A stretch of 31,926 bases of DNA from the IMG/VR virus record IMGVR_UViG_3300037461_001570, positions 1 through 31,926 of that record; one strand, 5' to 3'. Positions 17,508 through 27,858 of this stretch are shown here, piece by piece. Source of the stretch: a virus (taxonomy: Duplodnaviria; Caudoviricetes). A program made the translations under genes and the position numbers. The notes beneath the pieces were generated by a model. The model searched no databases. It saw only the letters and a list, made by a program, of their open reading frames with translations, and was not told the DNA's origin. The number at the start of each line of letters is the position of its first letter. The stretch's first letter is position 1.

Positions 17508-18037
17508 TATGGGATACAGCCATCGAACATTTCATCTATATAGTGATCATAGTGATTTTCCATACACGCGTCCGACAATATAAAAGGATGCATTATAGTA
17601 GTCGGGCATCCATCTTCGAAATATCCGGGTTCATTTGCTAATAATTGAGAATCAACAAGAAAAATATCGGCATCGTCTTCATAGGATTCTTCTTCATTAT
17701 AATTATGAGATCTATCACAATAACAATGCGTAAGTTCATGAAAAACAAGGGTTATTTTAGTTGTACTGCTTAGTTTGTCCCATTTATTGGAATTGATTGT
17801 TACGCTACGCATAGGTTGATTTGGATCACAGAATCCTAACCAGTCATTTTTTGGTATGGGCCGTAGCTTTAAGGGAACGGTATCGCTAAATTCTAAGTTT
17901 TTACGCTTACTTAGCAAAATATAATGATCGTGTAGCATTTCCAGTCTCATATCAACCGTTGGAGTAATCGTAACATTGAGAGTTTTACACGAGGTCAGGC
18001 ATAGTATGGCAATTAAGGACAAAATGATATAGCGCAT
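17504..18037 (-). CDS. Lipoprotein zinc metallopeptidase (HExxH, metzincin-like)
   Basis: Signal peptide with lipobox LTSC; LVFHELTHCYCDRSH zinc motif; putative Met-turn TIMHP. Confidence 0.8.
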   Translation of the reverse strand: MRYIILSLIAILCLTSCKTLNVTITPTVDMRLEMLHDHYILLSKRKNLEFSDTVPLKLRPIPKNDWLGFCDPNQPMRSVTINSNKWDKLSSTTKITLVFHELTHCYCDRSHNYNEEESYEDDADIFLVDSQLLANEPGYFEDGCPTTIMHPFILSDACMENHYDHYIDEMFDGCIPY

Positions 18038-18124
18038 TTAATAATGATATATCATAGTTACGATTAATTTTTAGGTCACAATCTTATAATATAAGGGTAA
18101 TAACAAAAATAGGGCAATTGCGCT

Positions 18125-20749
18125 ATGAGTGAATGGTCAGGATCTATAAAAGAGATGCAAAAAGGTGTTGACAACCTATTTGTGGATAGAGAAAAACAAA
18201 ACGAAGACGAAGACATATTAGCGCAGGTCAAGGCCCCCTGGGACACAGAGAGGGGTTATAGTAAATTTTTCGAAAATACCGAACTAGACGGCATACGGTG
18301 GGACAGGGTCTACCCATATAGACTGTTGGTCGTCGATGGGCGAACTAAGCGTATAATATTGCACAACAATATGAACGAAGAAGTTCCCACTCTAGTCGAT
18401 GTTCCATATTTTAGTTGGTCTTCGCAGGGAGTAACAACATTAGATTTTAAGCCTATAAATCCAGCGAGCTGGATATTCACATTGCCGATTACACCGCAAC
18501 AATTAAATATTACCGATCAATATGCAATTAACACTAGCGCTACATTACGCGGAATCATAGAAGAACACGGAGGAATTAGATTTAAAAATATCACCGCTTC
18601 AGGCACTATGGGCGTATGGCCGTTTAGAACAGAAATTTCTCACAATGAATCTTCTAATAGCACATTAAGCGCTTTATTTGGAGGAACCATCGAAAGTGCA
18701 GGGTCGGTTATAGGTCAATTCAATAGAACAATTAATACCATTACGTCCTCGCATCCAGCTAATCCGCCTAAAACCACGCGCCCAGAGAGTGGAGGAGGCG
18801 GGCTGGTTAGTACAGGGTACTACTGTGCTATGGCACTGCAGCGATTTTTAGAACAGTATGTAGAGGCCAAAAAAGATCCAAATAATGCGCACTGGAGGTT
18901 GGTATTTGACATACCTAAACAAAATCAATCTTTTGTGGTTACGCCAGTTCAGTTTGTGTGGCAACAGAATGCCAATAAACCCTTAGAGATTTTATATACC
19001 ATGCAATTTAAAGCTTGGCGTAGAATCCAGCTGGATGCTGGTATACCTATAGAAACAAAACCTAAGATATCCCTACTCGAAGCGGACTTTTTGACAAAAG
19101 CCCTGAATACCATAACTGAAGCTAGAAAAACCGTGTCTTCAATTGTTAACCTTACTCAAGCTATTCGAAGCGATTTTAAAAAACCGTTCGAAGTTTTAAG
19201 GCAAAGCTCTCTTTTTGTTAAAGATTTAATTGGAGCGGCCATAACTTGCGCAGACTTGCCATCAAATTTAATAAAAGATATCAAGGGGCAACTATCTGAT
19301 ACTTGGAAAAATTTAACAAGTGCTTTTGGATCAACGGAAACGTTTCCGTCTGGGGCTCTTTCAAAAAGAACTATATTGCAGTATCACGAGGGCTTTGAGG
19401 GATTAAGCGGCGACGCGATAGAGTCGGGACAATCTGGAATAAACCTTTCAAATAAAAACAAAACAGATCCATTAAATGAATTTTTTGATAATCCAGAAAA
19501 ATATTTTGATTCATTTAATTCTGCGACAATTGATGATTTGGCATTAACCCCGCAACAACAGGAAGCCGTAGACGCTACAATCGAAGAGACTAGATCCTTA
19601 ACAGTAGATGACCTTAGACAATTTAAATCGACCATGCAAGAATTTTCCTTTCAATTATCTGACAATTATGGCGTAGGAGATAGCTATTACAATTCTGTTT
19701 ACAACAAAGCAGCACCAAAAGACAGGATACAAGAAATTACGCTTGATGAATATGACGTTTTGCGAAAAATATACGATGTAATTCAAGTATTTGATTCTTT
19801 AACTTCTACCAGCGAGATTGACGATCAAAACAAGCGTACCAACATGGAATACGTTTCAGATTTAGCTGGACAATCTGATATAACCTTTAACATTCCGGAC
19901 AGTAAAATTTATGTCCCGGTGCCGTTCGGGCTTACAATTGAGGAGATAGCTCTACGGTATTTAGGTGATCCCCAGCGTTGGCTTGAGATAGTAACCCTTA
20001 ACAATCTAAGAAGTCCTTATATTGACGAAAATGGATTCAAATTAACACTCTTATCTAATGCGAGCGGTAGACAGATTAACGTTAATAGCTCTGAAAATTT
20101 ATACATAGGACAAAGAGTTACACTATCTTCTTCTACGCAAAATCCCACTACGCGAAAAATATTGGGCATAGACCGATTGTCGGATACCAACTATCTAATA
20201 ACGCTTGATGGGCAGCCTAATCTTAATAATTTTTTAACAGTTAATTCAGCTTATATGCAAGCTTATTTGCCCGGTACCGTAAACAGCCAACAAAAAATCT
20301 TTTTGCCAAGTTATTTACCCGCAGAAATATTGCCCAACATTACCCCTCCAGTGTCCACACAGGGAGACCCCCTCGTAGGGATGAGCTTGGTTGATTGGTT
20401 GTTGACCGATACTGGAGATATTGCTATTAACAATTATGGTGATTTTAGGTATTCAGCCGGAATAACAAATTTAATACAGGCACTCAAAATTAAAATGGGA
20501 ACGATACAGGGCCAATCGGTTATCCACCCTGGTTTTGGGTTCGGAATACGCCCAGGAACCAGCAATGCCGATATATCCCCGCAAGATATATACGGCTCAA
20601 TACAACAGGGCATTTTGGCGGACCAGAGGTATAGCGGTTTGACCAAATTATTAGTTGAATTGGACGGAACAGCGGTTAAAATAGGAATGGAAGTAGCCTT
20701 GGCAGGCCAGCAGGGAATACTACCACTAACATTTCAATTAAAAGAATGA
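18125..20749 (+). CDS. Multidomain baseplate protein (tube-initiator-like N-terminus, LysM-like segment, gp25-like C-terminus)
   Basis: TIEEIALRYLGDPQRWLEIVTLNNL is LysM/gpX-like; NLIQAL...G....HPGFG is gp25/gpW-like; directly precedes the Baseplate-J gene. Confidence 0.7.
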   Translation: MSEWSGSIKEMQKGVDNLFVDREKQNEDEDILAQVKAPWDTERGYSKFFENTELDGIRWDRVYPYRLLVVDGRTKRIILHNNMNEEVPTLVDVPYFSWSSQGVTTLDFKPINPASWIFTLPITPQQLNITDQYAINTSATLRGIIEEHGGIRFKNITASGTMGVWPFRTEISHNESSNSTLSALFGGTIESAGSVIGQFNRTINTITSSHPANPPKTTRPESGGGGLVSTGYYCAMALQRFLEQYVEAKKDPNNAHWRLVFDIPKQNQSFVVTPVQFVWQQNANKPLEILYTMQFKAWRRIQLDAGIPIETKPKISLLEADFLTKALNTITEARKTVSSIVNLTQAIRSDFKKPFEVLRQSSLFVKDLIGAAITCADLPSNLIKDIKGQLSDTWKNLTSAFGSTETFPSGALSKRTILQYHEGFEGLSGDAIESGQSGINLSNKNKTDPLNEFFDNPEKYFDSFNSATIDDLALTPQQQEAVDATIEETRSLTVDDLRQFKSTMQEFSFQLSDNYGVGDSYYNSVYNKAAPKDRIQEITLDEYDVLRKIYDVIQVFDSLTSTSEIDDQNKRTNMEYVSDLAGQSDITFNIPDSKIYVPVPFGLTIEEIALRYLGDPQRWLEIVTLNNLRSPYIDENGFKLTLLSNASGRQINVNSSENLYIGQRVTLSSSTQNPTTRKILGIDRLSDTNYLITLDGQPNLNNFLTVNSAYMQAYLPGTVNSQQKIFLPSYLPAEILPNITPPVSTQGDPLVGMSLVDWLLTDTGDIAINNYGDFRYSAGITNLIQALKIKMGTIQGQSVIHPGFGFGIRPGTSNADISPQDIYGSIQQGILADQRYSGLTKLLVELDGTAVKIGMEVALAGQQGILPLTFQLKE

Positions 20750-20787
20750 TATATATGAATATATCTTTAATTTTTAGAAGGTAGAGT

Positions 20788-23700
20788 ATGGCAGACTTAC
20801 CAGTACCAAAATCATATGAACAAATATTGTCTGAAATGCTTAGCGCATATGCTTCGCGTGTTGGCGTTAACGATTTTAACGTAGGCGGGGCCGCCCTAAG
20901 TTTTTTTGAAGTAGTAGCCCTAAGCACAGCGCGTGCATCTGGAGATATTTTTCAAATATTGCGAGATTTTAGCGTCGATAGAGCTACAGGTGAGGCATTA
21001 CAAAGATTAGCCATAGAAAACAAAGTTACTCCGATTACAGCTAAACCATCAACTGGCTCTATTTCGGTTACCGATACTAGTTTTACCAAAATTTTTACTA
21101 AAATTTATGCTGGAGCCAATCCACCCAATATAGGATCTACAGAAATTAAAGTAAGTGATGCGTCTCAGTTTCCTGCTTCCGGAACGGTTTATATTGGCAG
21201 AGGAACTCCAAACGTAGAAGAAGTTGATTATTCAAGTATTACGCCAAGCGGTGGATTGTACATTATAACATTATCTTCTGCTACCCAAAAATTTCACAAT
21301 GTAGGAGAAACAGTTGTATTGGCACAAGGCGGAGTAAGAACTATACCGGCTAACACTATTGTTAGATCCCCAGGCGTTGGCGCTAACGAAGATATAACTT
21401 TTACAGTAGTAAGCCAGGCTATTATATTAGACGGAGAAACAACTGTAGACAACGTTCAGGTCACCGCTCTAACGCCCGGAACCACAGGAAACGTTCCCCG
21501 TGGAGCCATCCGAGAGTTTGCCTCGCCTCCAATTGGATTATCTGAATCCGTTATAACGAACGATTTACCTTTTACTACTGGTCGAGATACAGAAACTGAC
21601 GATGAGTTGAGAGTTCGCATAAAAAGAGCAATAGCCTCCAGAGGGCTCGGTACTGCTACGGCCATTAAATCTGCTGTCATTGGAGCCGTTCCATCTGATG
21701 AACAATCTACTATTATTAGTAGTGAAATAATAAATGATGACTCTAGCGCCGTACTATATATAGATGACGGGACCGGCTATGAAGCAAAAACTGACGGAGT
21801 CGGCCTAGAGCCCATAGTTGACCAAGCATTTGGCGGAGAACAGTATTTTCAGCTTACAACTGGCGGAAGACAGGCGCCTATAGCTAAAGCATTTTTACTG
21901 TCTACTTTTGAGGCCCCATTTGACTTAATTGGAAGCGATACGCTTGCAGTAGTAGTCGGAGAACAAACCTATCAGCATGTTTTCTCTGATTCTGATTTTA
22001 GAAGTCCAGGCGGAGCTACCGCTTATGAGGTAGCGGCTAGCATTAATGCTAACACCACAATCGGCTTTGAAGCTACAACTAGTGGAGGCGGACAATACGT
22101 TGTAATTAGATCTAAGACTGAGGACAGCGATTCTTTGATGGTCACAGATCCTACAACTACTGGACGCAACGCAGCAACGCTACTAGGCTTTCCATTCAAT
22201 CAAGTACAGACGTTGAGGTTATATAAAAACAAGAAATTTTTGACTAAAGATGGAAAATCTGCATCCGTTTTTACTACTAGTCAGCAAAATTGGGCATCAA
22301 CAATAGCAGAAGGTGACACCCTCACTCTTAGCGTTGACGGGACCGACTATATTACTTATACACTAATGGATGCCGATTTTATAGCAACAGGGCTAGCTAA
22401 TAGCGTATCATCTACCGCTCCCCTTGAAGTTTGGGTAGAAGTATTAAATAATAAATTAACTGGAGTAACCGCATCAATAGTTGGCCAACAAATACGATTA
22501 ACTAGCAATTTAGGTATTAGCAATAGGGCCCAGATTTCTATCGACCCTTATTCTGTTTTGGTGTCTAAGGGAATGTTTACTGTTACAATGGGGTTATCGG
22601 CGCAAGGACAGGCGTCAGATTTTTCGCTATCAAGAAATACAGCCCAATTTAAATTAGCGACACCGCTAGAAGCCGGAGATGAATTATCAGCTGGATCTGA
22701 TAAAACTGAGGCTAGAATCGAAAGCTTAGAAATATCAGGCGGAAGCATCACCCTTACCTCGGACGCCCACGTCTGGTTTTTGGTAGATAGTAGCGGAGAA
22801 ATAATTCCTACTGGAGTAACCAGCAATTCAATACTGGATATCACTAAGCCATCCCCAAATAAAGTACGATATGAATCCGGCATTGTTAATGCATTTGCCA
22901 ATGTTTTGGTCGGCGATTACTTTATCGTTTGGTCGGAAGAAATTGACTCCAATAATAGATTAGAAGGAAGAGTCAGTGAGGTTACTTCATCTACATTAAC
23001 CATTGACGTTACATCCGCAGAATATTCGGCATCGGTTCCACAAACTGGTATTATTTTTAGTGAAGGATTTAGCGTTCTTAGAAGCGTGTCTGCTCCACAA
23101 AAATTTAAAGTAAGCGCAGGAACCAAAACTATTGACCAAATAGCGGCAGAACTACAAGCGCAAACATCAGCTTTATCGTTTAGCACACTAGAAGATAAAT
23201 ATTTAGTAGTTGAATCGCAGACTAAAAATACGTCTGGATCAGTATTAGTAGTAACGGCGGATTTAGAAGGAAAACTATTAAATTTTAGAGCCGGAGCTAG
23301 CGATACCAGCAAAGAATCCTTAATTGCTTTTTATGAGAGTGGAGCCAAAGAAGCTCAGTTTCCATTATTCGTACACGCAGCTTTTGCCGCAGGATCTGCT
23401 GCCAATCCTCCAGATACTTTTATTAACAGTGTTGTGTCTTCGTTAAGTTTTTCTGGACGAGATCCAAATGAATTGATACGCATTATTCAACCATATGGCT
23501 CTGTTAACGATGTGCAGCCATATAACGAGTATACACAAATCGAGACTATTTCCGGAGCAACGCTTGGTATAGACACTAATCCATTAATTCGTAGACTTAG
23601 GGTGGCAGATAGATTTTTTATAGCTAATCCGCTAGATTTCGGACACAAGGATACATCCGTAGTAATAGCTGACGATGATACTACATCTAAAAGCTTCGAG

Positions 23701-26700
23701 ATACCATTTTACCGTAGGGCTATTACAAATACATCACTAGCCGTAAATCCATCTAACTTTAATGCTTACGATGTTGATTCTGGTCCTACAACTAGCTTTG
23801 CAGCTTATTTTGATGAGTTTGATTTTTCTAACTTTAAAGTGATGATGCAGGCCAAGAAAGTATTAAATCATTCTAGCCTAGAAGATGCCCTTCTTTATAG
23901 ATCGGTTAGATGGGGCAGAAGTGGAGAAAAAATAACCATAGGGTACGATTACCCATCTTCAGCAAATAAGGCCCTTGATCACACCGTTTCTGTCTCGGAA
24001 TCCGTGGATATTAGAGTTTATCTCAAGAGCGGAGCCTCTATAACTACCTTGATTAATGCCACAACTGGATGGAATGTAACCATAACTCCAAATACTCCTG
24101 TAGCTGGAGTAGATCAAGTTACTTATACATGGAGCGGTGTAGGCGCTGCGCCAGCACTATCTTTGTCTGGCGGAGAGTATGTTAATATATCTTCACAATC
24201 AGGATTTGATCCTGCCAATATAGGCATTTTTAGGGTATCAACCGAGGTAGGATTTGCCCCAACAGCGACTAGCTTTACCATACAACGAAAAACGGGAGAA
24301 GCCGTAGCAGAATCTGGAGTTTTAACTCAAGTTAATGGATCTATCAATTTTTATAACTCTAGCGATACAACCGCTGACGACATAAATACTTATGTAAATG
24401 CATCAATCGCAGATTATATAACCAGTTTGATAGTTGATGATGGCGGAACCAGCGGCTCTGGAATTATAAATAAGAGTACATATGAAGATAGCAATTTTGT
24501 GTACGATAGAGTACAGCTTAAAGACGGATTAAATTGGATTTTATCTAGCGATACCGCTGGGTCTCCACAATTTATTTTCAAAAAGCCGTTAGATTTATCA
24601 TCTGACACTGGATATAATTTTAACGAAGCCGAAGAATTACGATTAGTACCGACAACACAGGATCAAGTTAAACGTTTATTGTCAGTATTAGCTGTAACCG
24701 GATTTACGACAGTGGGAACAATTAAAACCACTGAGCGCGGCTCACAATTAGAACTTGCGACTAAACTATTAGGCAGTGATGGGGCCATTCAAATCATAGG
24801 CGGTGCAGCCAATGGATATGAGGTGCCAATAATTGGTACGGCGTCTAGATTGAACAATACGTCAGCTTTAGTTTCTGTAGACAAAGTGGCGGCGCAGGAT
24901 GTCCATAGTGACCAGTGGTTTAGATTAGAGTCTTCTGTTTTACAAAGAAAAGTTATAAATATAGACTCTAACACAAGCGTATCAGTAGCTAGCAATAGTC
25001 CAACTGCCGGAAAGAGTACTATCGGTTTCTTAAATAGATCTCTTAACCAAAGGTATTTTGGCCAACCCAGACATTTTGTTAGGTCTAAAGGGCGTAATTT
25101 TAGGATCGAAAAACACGGAGATATCGCCTGCTTAAGCTGGGATGGCAATGGATCTAGTCCACAGTTTATCAAATCTAGTTTAAATTTTAATGATGTTGGC
25201 GGTGGAACCATTAACGTACAAACAATATTTGGATCTAATGATGCCGAATACACTATTTTGACCGGAGACGCCAATTTCACAGAACTTTCGATAGGAGATC
25301 TGATTACTATATCAGGACTTCCGGTTAGCGCGAACAACGGTACTTTTTTGGTTACCGGGGTCTCTGATAACGGAAAAATAGTTAGAGTTCTTAACCCTGA
25401 AGCTGAGGATGAGTTTTCTAACGGGTATTTTGATTTTTCTGGAAACGTTACACCTGTTGATAATTTCAATATTAATAACAATAATTTATATGCAGATGTT
25501 GATTTTGCCATTGGTGTCACAACATTAGACACCCAAAACAACTTAGCTGCAGCGCTTGCGGCGTTGCCTAACGTATCTTCATCTGTTGTTGGTAGCGACG
25601 TAATAGCTCAATCTACATTATCTATACCACAAATTTCAATATTTCATGCCGGAGACGCAGCAATAACGTCAAAGGGAAGATTTGATTTTTCCAGTAATTG
25701 TAATTCCGGAGATGTTTTCTCTGTAGGAACAACAGACTTTATAGCTGGAACTAGCTTTACGATTGGAGCAACTATTCTCGATACAGCCACCAATCTGGCC
25801 GCTGAAATCAATTCATTGCCTGGATACACATCTTTGGCGGGAGCAACCGATGTTTCGGTATCTTCTACTTCTCCAAATGGAACCGTATCTATTATTTACA
25901 AAGGATCTGCTACTATTACAGTAAACGGCATATTCACGTTAGGAGCAAACGCATACGAGGGTGATGCTTTTACGGTTGATACTACTACTTTAATTACAGG
26001 CAAAGACTTTGTTGTTGGAAACACTACGGCTGAATCCCAAGTCAATCTATCCTTGGCCATCAGTGCGATAGCCGGGGTTACGTCGCATGTCGATTCTACT
26101 TATGTTATTGTAACAGCTACATCTTTAAATGCTACGATACCGATTTCATACGCAGGAAGCCCAGTTGTTACCGTTAGCGGAGCATTACTTGTTGGAGATA
26201 GTTTTTCTGCAGGAGATTTTTCTGCTTCTAGTGAAGTCTCAGAGGGCGATTCATTAATTATTGAATTCCCATTTCCTGAATTAAATCAAGGTAAATTTAG
26301 AGTAATTCGCAGATATCAGGATAGCGTATGGTTTGAAAATTCCAATGCAGTTGAACAAGAAGTATCGTTGCCATTAAATCCGGCTCCCACGGGAGTAAAC
26401 CTGTATGTAGACGTAACAACTTCATTAAAAATTGATAGCTCTAACAATGGTTGTTATTTGACCTGGAATGACCTAGGAACAGAGCCCGCCCTTGGCAATG
26501 CAAAGGTAGGAGATATCTTAACCCTAGGTTCAGATTTTGCCGTTGTAAATCAAGGTGAATTCATGGTAAAACGCTCAGGCGCTAAATTACCAGAAATAAC
26601 AAAACTGACAATGCCAAGCTCAACCCAATTGCCCACTGGGGCTGGCGTTGGCAAATATTTCCTGATCAATAGCGCAGGAGATGCCATCGAGTATTATGTG

Positions 26701-27843
26701 TGGTTTAACAATGGGTTTAATACCGATCCAGCTATAGTAGGTAAAACTGATATAGAAGTAGCCTTTTTACCAGGAGATTCTGCGATACAGATTGCAGCAA
26801 AGGCTGCTATAGCCATCGGGGCTGCCACCGGATTATCTGCAACGTCATCGGCAGAAGTTGTAACTGTTACCACTACCGATTCTAAAGAGACAACGCATGC
26901 CTCTAATGGCGATATGCCGTCTCCATTTGGGATTATATTATTTCAAGCTGGAAGACGTACATTCTTAGAATGTATCAATCCATCCGCTGCAGACGAGGCC
27001 GCCGTTTTCGTATCAGGCGGAACCTTTGAGTGCCATAGACCGCAGATTCAGTTCTATGAATATGATGCCACGGTAGCCGGCGATAGTATTTCTGTTACAG
27101 GCGACGTACTAACCCTGCCTAATGCTGGAACTTATGTTGTCGATTCAGTTTTAGATAAGGATACAGTGGTAGTAACCGGATCTTTAGTTTCAGTGTTTAA
27201 CGTTAGTCTTAATAACAGAGAAACATCAATATTTGTACAAGAACAAAACGTTTATACTGGATATAAACGGGTTTCTTTGGCTGCCACTCAACCTGGGGCT
27301 CCACAGCGCACTAATTTGATTTTTGATACTAATGCTCAATATAATAAAATTAACGAATCGTCTCTCACGCAAATGAGCGCTATTGGCAAATTGTCATTTA
27401 GCACATCTATCAAAAAAGGTCTTGATAGTTATAGGTATAATATTGGATTAATAGCTGAAGCTAATCGCATTATTTATGGCGATCCTAGAGATCCAACTAC
27501 TTATCCAGGCGTTGGAGCAGCTGGTGCAGATATTTATGTTCGCGAACCATTGACTAGGCGCATTCAAGTATCTATAGTTGTTCGAATCAATACAGGTGTA
27601 CCATTTGCCGCCATTGTCGAGCAAGTTAGAACTAACGTAAGCTCATTGATTAATTCGAATCCGATCGGTCAACCTATTGCAATTAGCGCCATAGTAAGTA
27701 CAGTAAATTCTATACCGGGAGTAAGAGCGGTAGCTATAAGTAGTCCACAATATGACTCGACACATGATGTTATTTATTTAGCATCTTCTGAGAAAGCTAG
27801 AATTATCGACCCAGTACTAGACGTATCGGTCTCATCAGTTTAA
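20788..27843 (+). CDS. Giant Baseplate-J/gp47-like wedge protein (2351 aa) with a large multidomain insertion
   Basis: N-terminal ATGEALQRLA, ALTPGTTGNV, TGRDTETDDELRVRI and C-terminal IGQPIAISAIVSTVNSIPGVRAV are Baseplate-J hallmarks; Ser/Thr/Gly-rich beta-domain repeats lie between. Confidence 0.88.
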   Translation: MADLPVPKSYEQILSEMLSAYASRVGVNDFNVGGAALSFFEVVALSTARASGDIFQILRDFSVDRATGEALQRLAIENKVTPITAKPSTGSISVTDTSFTKIFTKIYAGANPPNIGSTEIKVSDASQFPASGTVYIGRGTPNVEEVDYSSITPSGGLYIITLSSATQKFHNVGETVVLAQGGVRTIPANTIVRSPGVGANEDITFTVVSQAIILDGETTVDNVQVTALTPGTTGNVPRGAIREFASPPIGLSESVITNDLPFTTGRDTETDDELRVRIKRAIASRGLGTATAIKSAVIGAVPSDEQSTIISSEIINDDSSAVLYIDDGTGYEAKTDGVGLEPIVDQAFGGEQYFQLTTGGRQAPIAKAFLLSTFEAPFDLIGSDTLAVVVGEQTYQHVFSDSDFRSPGGATAYEVAASINANTTIGFEATTSGGGQYVVIRSKTEDSDSLMVTDPTTTGRNAATLLGFPFNQVQTLRLYKNKKFLTKDGKSASVFTTSQQNWASTIAEGDTLTLSVDGTDYITYTLMDADFIATGLANSVSSTAPLEVWVEVLNNKLTGVTASIVGQQIRLTSNLGISNRAQISIDPYSVLVSKGMFTVTMGLSAQGQASDFSLSRNTAQFKLATPLEAGDELSAGSDKTEARIESLEISGGSITLTSDAHVWFLVDSSGEIIPTGVTSNSILDITKPSPNKVRYESGIVNAFANVLVGDYFIVWSEEIDSNNRLEGRVSEVTSSTLTIDVTSAEYSASVPQTGIIFSEGFSVLRSVSAPQKFKVSAGTKTIDQIAAELQAQTSALSFSTLEDKYLVVESQTKNTSGSVLVVTADLEGKLLNFRAGASDTSKESLIAFYESGAKEAQFPLFVHAAFAAGSAANPPDTFINSVVSSLSFSGRDPNELIRIIQPYGSVNDVQPYNEYTQIETISGATLGIDTNPLIRRLRVADRFFIANPLDFGHKDTSVVIADDDTTSKSFEIPFYRRAITNTSLAVNPSNFNAYDVDSGPTTSFAAYFDEFDFSNFKVMMQAKKVLNHSSLEDALLYRSVRWGRSGEKITIGYDYPSSANKALDHTVSVSESVDIRVYLKSGASITTLINATTGWNVTITPNTPVAGVDQVTYTWSGVGAAPALSLSGGEYVNISSQSGFDPANIGIFRVSTEVGFAPTATSFTIQRKTGEAVAESGVLTQVNGSINFYNSSDTTADDINTYVNASIADYITSLIVDDGGTSGSGIINKSTYEDSNFVYDRVQLKDGLNWILSSDTAGSPQFIFKKPLDLSSDTGYNFNEAEELRLVPTTQDQVKRLLSVLAVTGFTTVGTIKTTERGSQLELATKLLGSDGAIQIIGGAANGYEVPIIGTASRLNNTSALVSVDKVAAQDVHSDQWFRLESSVLQRKVINIDSNTSVSVASNSPTAGKSTIGFLNRSLNQRYFGQPRHFVRSKGRNFRIEKHGDIACLSWDGNGSSPQFIKSSLNFNDVGGGTINVQTIFGSNDAEYTILTGDANFTELSIGDLITISGLPVSANNGTFLVTGVSDNGKIVRVLNPEAEDEFSNGYFDFSGNVTPVDNFNINNNNLYADVDFAIGVTTLDTQNNLAAALAALPNVSSSVVGSDVIAQSTLSIPQISIFHAGDAAITSKGRFDFSSNCNSGDVFSVGTTDFIAGTSFTIGATILDTATNLAAEINSLPGYTSLAGATDVSVSSTSPNGTVSIIYKGSATITVNGIFTLGANAYEGDAFTVDTTTLITGKDFVVGNTTAESQVNLSLAISAIAGVTSHVDSTYVIVTATSLNATIPISYAGSPVVTVSGALLVGDSFSAGDFSASSEVSEGDSLIIEFPFPELNQGKFRVIRRYQDSVWFENSNAVEQEVSLPLNPAPTGVNLYVDVTTSLKIDSSNNGCYLTWNDLGTEPALGNAKVGDILTLGSDFAVVNQGEFMVKRSGAKLPEITKLTMPSSTQLPTGAGVGKYFLINSAGDAIEYYVWFNNGFNTDPAIVGKTDIEVAFLPGDSAIQIAAKAAIAIGAATGLSATSSAEVVTVTTTDSKETTHASNGDMPSPFGIILFQAGRRTFLECINPSAADEAAVFVSGGTFECHRPQIQFYEYDATVAGDSISVTGDVLTLPNAGTYVVDSVLDKDTVVVTGSLVSVFNVSLNNRETSIFVQEQNVYTGYKRVSLAATQPGAPQRTNLIFDTNAQYNKINESSLTQMSAIGKLSFSTSIKKGLDSYRYNIGLIAEANRIIYGDPRDPTTYPGVGAAGADIYVREPLTRRIQVSIVVRINTGVPFAAIVEQVRTNVSSLINSNPIGQPIAISAIVSTVNSIPGVRAVAISSPQYDSTHDVIYLASSEKARIIDPVLDVSVSSV
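25420..26175 (+). repeat. Three diverged 84-aa (252-bp) domain repeats within the Baseplate-J-like protein
   Basis: NGYFDFSGN (25420), KGRFDFSSN (25672), NGIFTLGAN (25924), each with FxxGxT...NLxxxI/L. Confidence 0.85.
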
Positions 27844-27858
27844 TTATGGAGATTTAAA

